The notes under the pieces are model-generated. The model saw only the letters and a list, made by a program, of their open reading frames with translations, had not been told where the DNA came from and did not search any database. Made by a program: the position numbers and the translations under genes. This document shows, in pieces, positions 63,141-64,000 of a DNA stretch of 64,000 bases. How positions within the stretch are numbered: position 1 is the stretch's first letter; every line of letters starts with the position of its first letter. The stretch lies in assembly GCA_964016885.1 (NCBI GenBank), contig OZ024742.1, forward strand, positions 50,034,001-50,098,000, in the 5' to 3' direction. The DNA is from Eledone cirrhosa (Eukaryota).

Positions 63141-64000
63141 TATATATATATATACATAGTACTGTAATAGCGAAATATATAATACAACAAACTAATGACA
63201 ATTTTTTTTATATTTGCAAATTATGTAAGGTGTATATTGTCTATATCAACTCCAAGTCATAATATATATTTATTTATATTACATACATCATGAATGTGTG
63301 AAGGGAAGGCAAGGAAAGGGACTGCCATAAATTTCTCCGAAATAATTGTCTTTGTTTTCCATTGTTGAATGGCTGTGCAATTTCAGATTATGCCATTAAC
63401 ATACATATGTATATATATATATATCTATATATATATTTCTCTGCATATCACCTTACTTTCCTCTTCTTTTTGTCCCAATGGTCATGGAAGGTTTGTAATA
63501 TATGGCTCAAAGAAGGTGAACTGTGTAATGAAAGTTTACGTTTGTATTACTAGCGTGAAATGAAGAAGATATGGAATATTTTAATGTGTGTGATTGAATA
63601 AGCTCTTAAGTGCATTAGAACTGCTGCGTGTGAGTGTGTGTAAAATGAGTAAAACAATGTGACCACGAGTGGCGTGTTGAGGTGGGTGTGTGATGGGTAG
63701 GTGATGCTTTTCGTATACGTGTATGGAGAGCATGCGTATGTGAATAGTTTCATAGTACATAGGAGATGAAGGTTGTACTGTATAGAAATAACATAAGAAG
63801 AATATATATATGCACTTATGTTGGGGAAACTTAAACATATTTAAGTATGTGAGTAAGTTTGCTTGTAAATGTGTTTGTGTGTATGTGAGAGAGAGAGAGG
63901 GAGAGAGAGAGTGTGTGAGTGTGTGTTTGTGTGTGGGTACAAGTAGTAAAACATGGTGTTACATCGGTGTTTTCAAATGGTATAATGTATAGGTGAGGCT

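Overview
Eukaryotic, AT-rich, microsatellite-dense DNA made almost entirely of transposable elements. The repeat spectrum suggests an invertebrate, plausibly a coleoid cephalopod such as an octopus; this is inference only. No complete host gene is visible. Main contents: (1) two degenerate Tx1/L1-clade non-LTR retrotransposons (1-4.27 kb, +; 52.6-58.2 kb, -). (2) Two head-to-tail stacks of R4/Dong-like RLE non-LTR elements inserted in (TAA)n microsatellites (13.07-24.72 kb, -; 45.16-52.35 kb, +), including two near-intact, almost identical copies. (3) Penelope-like (Naiad-type) elements and many (TA)n-flanked inverted repeats, several with minimal hammerhead-ribozyme motifs. (4) A CRE-like fragment. 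(5) Tandem non-autonomous Helitron-like units, one region carrying a Ulp1-type protease remnant. (6) About 15 copies of a tRNA-derived SINE. Most notable observations: the R4/Dong family appears to carry a 5' leader homologous to the Tx1 5' UTR; both near-intact copies share one frameshift inside the N-terminal motif; a covarying 3' UTR hairpin is shared by two divergent RLE families; the Naiad-type zinc motif has a TGA at a conserved Cys (possible selenocysteine); and several perfect palindromes look like template-switch products. All alignments and folds were done by eye.
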